64,000 nt of DNA, taken from NCBI GenBank assembly GCA_041650895.1, contig JBAZKF010000001.1:637181-701180 (forward strand), read 5' to 3'. Source of the stretch: Patescibacteria group bacterium (GTDB taxonomy: Bacteria; Patescibacteriota; Patescibacteriia; 2-01-FULL-39-33). The translations under genes were made by a program, and so were the position numbers. How positions within the stretch are numbered: position 1 is the first letter of the stretch; each line of letters opens with the position of its first letter. Under the pieces are notes generated by a model, which did not search any database, was not told where the DNA came from, and worked only from the letters and a program-made list of their open reading frames with translations. Positions 59,590 through 64,000 of the stretch are shown here, piece after piece.

Positions 59590-60462
59590 TTATGAGCCGA
59601 AGCCGTTGGCGTCGGGCCCTTTTGGTTTGCTCCGTCCCGCCTTCCGCGTCATCCTCGTTTTCTTCGGGCCGTCTTTCGATTCCCCTTCCGGCTTATCAAC
59701 GGGTTGCTCTGGGGGTTGCTCCGGGGCGGGATCGGCGGTAGCAGCAGCGCCGTTGGCGGTAGCAACAGCCTGGCCGGCCGGAATGTTTTTTACCGTATCA
59801 GTTCGCTCGTAAGCGGTTTGATCTTCCGGACAGCTTTGTAACTGATCCCTTATTTCGTCATAATCCCTCTGTAATTCGTTAATCATCGTTTGCAGCTTCT
59901 CATTGTCTTCCCGTTGCTTTTTTAGAGTCAACTGGTACTCGCGATACTTGCGATAGGAGAATAAGGAAACGAAGTAAGCAACGATGATCGGCAATATCAG
60001 CCACCACGAGAAAAGTAACAGAATAAGCAATAAGCTGGCCATCCCTAGGGCCAGACCGGCAACCATACCGTGGATTATTGCGCCCATTAAACAGACAAAA
60101 ATTGCGCCTAACAGACTACTGATAACACCGTAGCCAAGCTCCATTTCAATAGACTTAATAACGGCTTTAGCATTCTCTTCTCTGTACTCTTGGTATGTCG
60201 GGATAGGGAACCCCTTAATCTTTTTGGTGATGTTTTTTTCCCATAGGTAACTCCATAGATAATCATGCGCATGGAGACATTCCATCCACCACTGGGGCGG
60301 TAACCAGAGAACTTTGAAACTCCACCAGTGGTCGTGTCGTTGTTTGATGCTATTAACCAGGACTATGACCGGTATGGTCGACCAAGTAAAGAGCGTTAAT
60401 GAGCCTATCAATATTCCGATGTAGAGAGAGTGCCAAAGGCAAAGAGTGAGCAGAGTGTTCAT
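59590..60462 (-). CDS. membrane protein, paralog 3 of a tandem triplet (4 TM, WLPPxWW motif, basic Pro/Ala-rich tail)
   Basis: Shares VLVNSIKQRH...WLPPQWW and the helix layout with the two upstream genes. Confidence 0.6.
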   Translation of the reverse strand: MNTLLTLCLWHSLYIGILIGSLTLFTWSTIPVIVLVNSIKQRHDHWWSFKVLWLPPQWWMECLHAHDYLWSYLWEKNITKKIKGFPIPTYQEYREENAKAVIKSIEMELGYGVISSLLGAIFVCLMGAIIHGMVAGLALGMASLLLILLLFSWWLILPIIVAYFVSLFSYRKYREYQLTLKKQREDNEKLQTMINELQRDYDEIRDQLQSCPEDQTAYERTDTVKNIPAGQAVATANGAAATADPAPEQPPEQPVDKPEGESKDGPKKTRMTRKAGRSKPKGPDANGFGS

Positions 60463-61253
60463 TGTTCGTCCTTTCCTGTTGGGGGCGGTGTTTCTTTTTT
60501 CTTTTTCGTTGTTGGCTGTTTTCTGGTGTGCGTTGGTTTGTTCTTTGGCTTATTATCTAGCGTCTTTTTGGGGGTATCCGCTCGTTTCTGTCTCGGTGGT
60601 CCTATATTCTTCGCACAAACATTGGTAACAGCGGTAGTTTGATCAGTCGTATTAGCCTCTGTTTCTTCTAATCGTTTGCGCAAATCATTAACGCAGTCAC
60701 ACATTCTTTCGCTCATAGCTATCAGCTGGTTCATAGTTGTCAGATTCTCGTCATATCTTTTTTTCTTTTCTTGGATTGATTGACATTTGTGATGAAAAAA
60801 TCGGTAAATGAGATAGGTAATAATGATCGGAAAAGTCAGCCACCATAGATAGCCCAGTAACAGACTGGCCGTCACCAAAGCCAGACTGACGGCCGTGCCG
60901 CAGGTTACTGCTATTATCAGACAAGAGAGAAGTACGGCGAAAAATCCGTCAATGACCTCGTCTTTCGTTACCTCATTGATAGCTCTAATTATCTCCTTAG
61001 GTCTTGCGTTAGCGTACGTTTGGTAGGTTCTGATATCACCAATTATCCAAGGGAAACAGTCTATTATGTAGTCGATGGCATAAAAGCAGGCCATCCACCA
61101 CCATGGAGGTAACCAGTCAACCTCGAAAGGTCGTCGGCGGTTATGACGTTGTTTGATACCATTGACCAAGACTATGGTTGGGAGAACCGAATAAGCAAAA
61201 AACGTCAATGCGGCTACTAACGTGCCGATGTAAAAGATAGTTAACGCGTTCAT
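60459..61253 (-). CDS. membrane protein, paralog 2 of the tandem triplet
   Basis: VLVNGIKQRH...WLPPWWW. The C-terminus KKKKETPPPTGKDEQ is identical to paralog 1, and ~50 nt of the 3' DNA is identical. Confidence 0.6.
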   Translation of the reverse strand: MNALTIFYIGTLVAALTFFAYSVLPTIVLVNGIKQRHNRRRPFEVDWLPPWWWMACFYAIDYIIDCFPWIIGDIRTYQTYANARPKEIIRAINEVTKDEVIDGFFAVLLSCLIIAVTCGTAVSLALVTASLLLGYLWWLTFPIIITYLIYRFFHHKCQSIQEKKKRYDENLTTMNQLIAMSERMCDCVNDLRKRLEETEANTTDQTTAVTNVCAKNIGPPRQKRADTPKKTLDNKPKNKPTHTRKQPTTKKKKETPPPTGKDEQ

Positions 61254-61978
61254 TGTTCGTCCTTTCCTGTTGGGGGCGGTGTTTCTTTTTTCTTTTTCGT
61301 CTTCGCTCTCGGCCTTCCGGCGCGCGTCGGCTTTTTTGGGTTTGGGGAGGCGTTGGTTGTTGCAATTGACGTTGCTATAGCGAACAGCGCTGATTTCAAT
61401 TCTATAATCTCCTCGTCAATAACCTTTTGCCTAAGCTGATAGCTTTTGATAGCGCGCCAAATAATGTAAGCAACTCCGCCGATCAGCCATAACCACCAAG
61501 TGTATTTGAGTAGTAAGCCGATTATCGAAACAATCATAAGCAGTAATGTGCCGAATGAAAACAAGAGAAGCCAGGTGCCAGCCGCGACCATTGCCGGGAG
61601 TAATACTCCTAATACAAACGTAATAAAAATCATTGCACTAAGTGAGATATCCAGAGGGTGCTCATTAAGCAGTCTCTTTTTACCGCATTCTACCCAGCCG
61701 TCCAGCGTCTCATTGAAATTATCTTTGACTCCCGAGGTGAAAAGAATAATGTAGTAATAAATAAAAGCATGATAAGCGATTAGCCAATCGGGTGGTAGCC
61801 AAACAGCTTTATAATCTTTCCGACGGAATCGGCATTTGGCGCCGTTTACGATAATAACCAGTAAATGGATGAAAAAGGCTGAAAAAATGGCAAAAAATGC
61901 CAGTTCGGTGCCAAGCCGTACCAGATGATCAAAGTATAACGAAAAAGTCCAACTAATTGCTAAAAGTAACATTTCCAT
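61250..61978 (-). CDS. membrane protein, paralog 1 of the tandem triplet
   Basis: Start at MEMLLL after SD AAGGAGAAC. WLPPDW motif. Same C-terminal KKKKETPPPTGKDEQ. Confidence 0.55.
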   Translation of the reverse strand: MEMLLLAISWTFSLYFDHLVRLGTELAFFAIFSAFFIHLLVIIVNGAKCRFRRKDYKAVWLPPDWLIAYHAFIYYYIILFTSGVKDNFNETLDGWVECGKKRLLNEHPLDISLSAMIFITFVLGVLLPAMVAAGTWLLLFSFGTLLLMIVSIIGLLLKYTWWLWLIGGVAYIIWRAIKSYQLRQKVIDEEIIELKSALFAIATSIATTNASPNPKKPTRAGRPRAKTKKKKETPPPTGKDEQ

Positions 61979-62297
61979 GATGTTCTCCTTGCCTTTTATG
62001 GCTGTTTTGGTTTGCGCAGTAATGTTTTTAAGTTTTGAATGTGCCGATCTTCGTACCACAATATCATATAAGCGGTGAAAAGTCAATGGTTAGTGGAGAA
62101 GTTGGGGAAAAGTCAGCAGTTTCATTATATAAGTCAGAAAATAAAGGAATTGGGAGACAGAAGCTATTTTTTGATTGATCTGTTTGGTTTTTGTCGACAA
62201 AGTTATAAAACTTGTTTAAATTTAGGCAAATTATTCATTAATTTTGTCTTGCCGCGTGCTTATTTATCCGTATATTTTCTATTTTTTTATTTATCTC

Positions 62298-62326
62298 TTG
62301 ACATTGTATAAAAAATAACATATAAT
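62298..62326 (+). promoter_or_regulatory. perfect consensus sigma70 promoter TTGACA-N17-TATAAT upstream of the 23S rRNA gene
   Basis: Exact -35 and -10 hexamers with 17-nt spacing. Followed by a 15-codon mini-ORF (62447-62494) with an SD, then a hairpin/T-run at 62513-62541. The element TTGACAACTGAATAGTG (62623-62639) is shared with the 16S upstream region. Confidence 0.55.
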
Positions 62327-62789
62327 TGTAGACATCTGACTGACACCGTTGAATAACTGAAGATTCGGCTTTGCAGAGCCAAAATTCAGCTTAGTTTGTC
62401 TCTTTAATCCATAAATGCCGGAGGGCATATTGGAAAGGAACAATAATATGAGATTAAACATCACCAATAATTCTTCTCCAAGTCAAACGGACTAACCTTT
62501 TTAGTGTCCGCCAGAACCGCTTGGAGAAAGCGGTTTTTTTGTTAGCTTCCGAATCCGATCGATAATGGAATTTATCGCTCAAATTGCGGAAGTTAATGTC
62601 AAATATCCTGAACCTGGGAACATTGACAACTGAATAGTGTATAGTAAAGAAATGGGTAATTTAATGTCGCGCCAAAATTTATGGGCGTGGCAGCGAATTG
62701 CAATTATTAATGAGTACATACTTTTAGTATTTTAGTAATAAAATACAAAATAAGGAAAAACTCTTTTTAAGAGTTATCCAGATTCTTGC

Positions 62790-64000
62790 GATTAAACATT
62801 AAGGGCGAATGGTGGATGCCTAGACATCAAAAGGCGATGAAGGACGTAGCAGCCTGCGAAAAGCTTCGGGGAGGTGGCAAGCAACCTTTGATCCGGAGAT
62901 ATCCGAATGGGGAAACCCGGCGCGGCAAACCCGCGTCATTTGTGACTGAATTCATAGGTTACAAACGCAAACCCAGCGAAGTGAAACATCTCAGTAGCTG
63001 GAGGAAAAGAAAAAATTGAATCCTTAGTTCCGTTTTCTGCGTAAGCAGAACACGGATCTATGGATTGCATTCCGCGAGTAGTGGCGAGCGAAAGCGGAGC
63101 AGCCTAAACCTTAGCAGTGTTGACGGTGTGAAACTTTTCCCGCAAGGGGAAGGCGTAGCGCCGGCATAAAGGAGTGCCCGTTGCTGCTTTGGGGTGATGA
63201 TTATAACTTTCGGATTGCACTTATATCCGAGCGGAATAAAATTTTTAGCGGAACGGTTTTGGAACAGCCGGCCAAAGCGGGTGAAAGCCCCGTACGCGAA
63301 AAGAATCGTACTTCCGTCGTTATAATCTAGAGTACTACAGGACTCGTGAAATCTTGTAGGAATCCGCCATGACTATATGGCAAGGCTAAATACTTTTGAT
63401 GATCGATAGCGAACAAGTACCGTGAGGGAAAGGTGAAAAGCAGCCCGGTTAGGGCGATGAAATAGTATCTGAAACCATTTGCTTACAAACGAGTCGGAGT
63501 CCAAGGTCGTAGCAATACGAATTCTGGATGACGGCGTTCCTATTGAAGAATGAGCCAACGAGTTTATTCTGCGTTGCTTGCTTAATCCCTTCGGGGAGAA
63601 GGCATAGTGAAAGCGAGGATTAATAGTCCGAACAATTGTAGCGCGGATAAGACCCGAAACGAAGTGATCTATCCATGGCCAGGGTGAACCAGATGTAACA
63701 GTCTGGGAAGGCCCGAACCCACAAGCTGTGCAACACTTGGGGATGAGCTGTGGATAGCGGAGAAATTCCAATCGAACTTCGTGATAGCTGGTTCTCCTCG
63801 AAATAGCTTCAGGGCTAGCTTCGAAAATAGACCCGGGGGTAGAGCACTGAATGAGGACAGGTCCGCAAGGTTACTGTCTTCAATCAAACTCCGAATACCG
63901 GTAATCTTTATTTCGGAAGTCAGACTATGGGCGCTAAGGTCCATCAGTCAAAAGGGAAACAGCCCAGATCGCCAATTAAGGTCCCTAAATCTATGTTAAG
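62790..64000 (+). rRNA. rrl: 23S ribosomal RNA, 5' portion (runs off the window end)
   Basis: GGTGGATGCCTAGAC...GCGATGAAGGACGT...CCGAATGGGGAAACCC...GAAACATCTCAGTA are conserved 23S domain I motifs. ORF-track hits inside this span are spurious. Confidence 0.95.

Overview
This 64 kb window looks like a small-genome bacterial chromosome of mixed base composition. An AT-rich block (~27-33% GC) carries the replication origin; the flanking regions are ~42-50% GC. Gene content (tsaD/tsaE, fused pilB, few biosynthetic genes) suggests a CPR/Patescibacteria-like organism, but that is inference only. It uses the standard genetic code (a TGA stop is visible). Recognisable housekeeping genes: rpsP, pgsA-like, guaB, gyrA, yebC, ruvC, PBP1A, the origin cluster rpmH-rnpA-yidD-yidC | dnaA-dnaN with two perfect DnaA boxes, bactofilin, hsp20, vanW-like, tsaD, tsaE, panD, a tandemly duplicated (pseudo-dimeric) PilB/GspE ATPase, a KH protein, and trmD. 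A complete 16S rRNA gene is followed by a spacer ORF and tRNA-Ile/Phe/Pro, but the 23S rRNA gene starts ~24 kb further downstream. The intervening region contains a TrmB-regulated GH5-like giant secreted enzyme, a second tRNA-Pro with 195-bp tandem repeats, an EndoQ-like nuclease, a dnaQ-like exonuclease, and a tightly packed seven-gene minus-strand operon (coiled-coil protein, two proteins sharing an N-terminal FGQGL motif, AAA+ ATPase, three membrane proteins). Upstream of that operon are three tandem paralogous membrane proteins. None of these has a recognisable function; together they are the best candidate for an undescribed system. No integrase, transposase or CRISPR array is visible.
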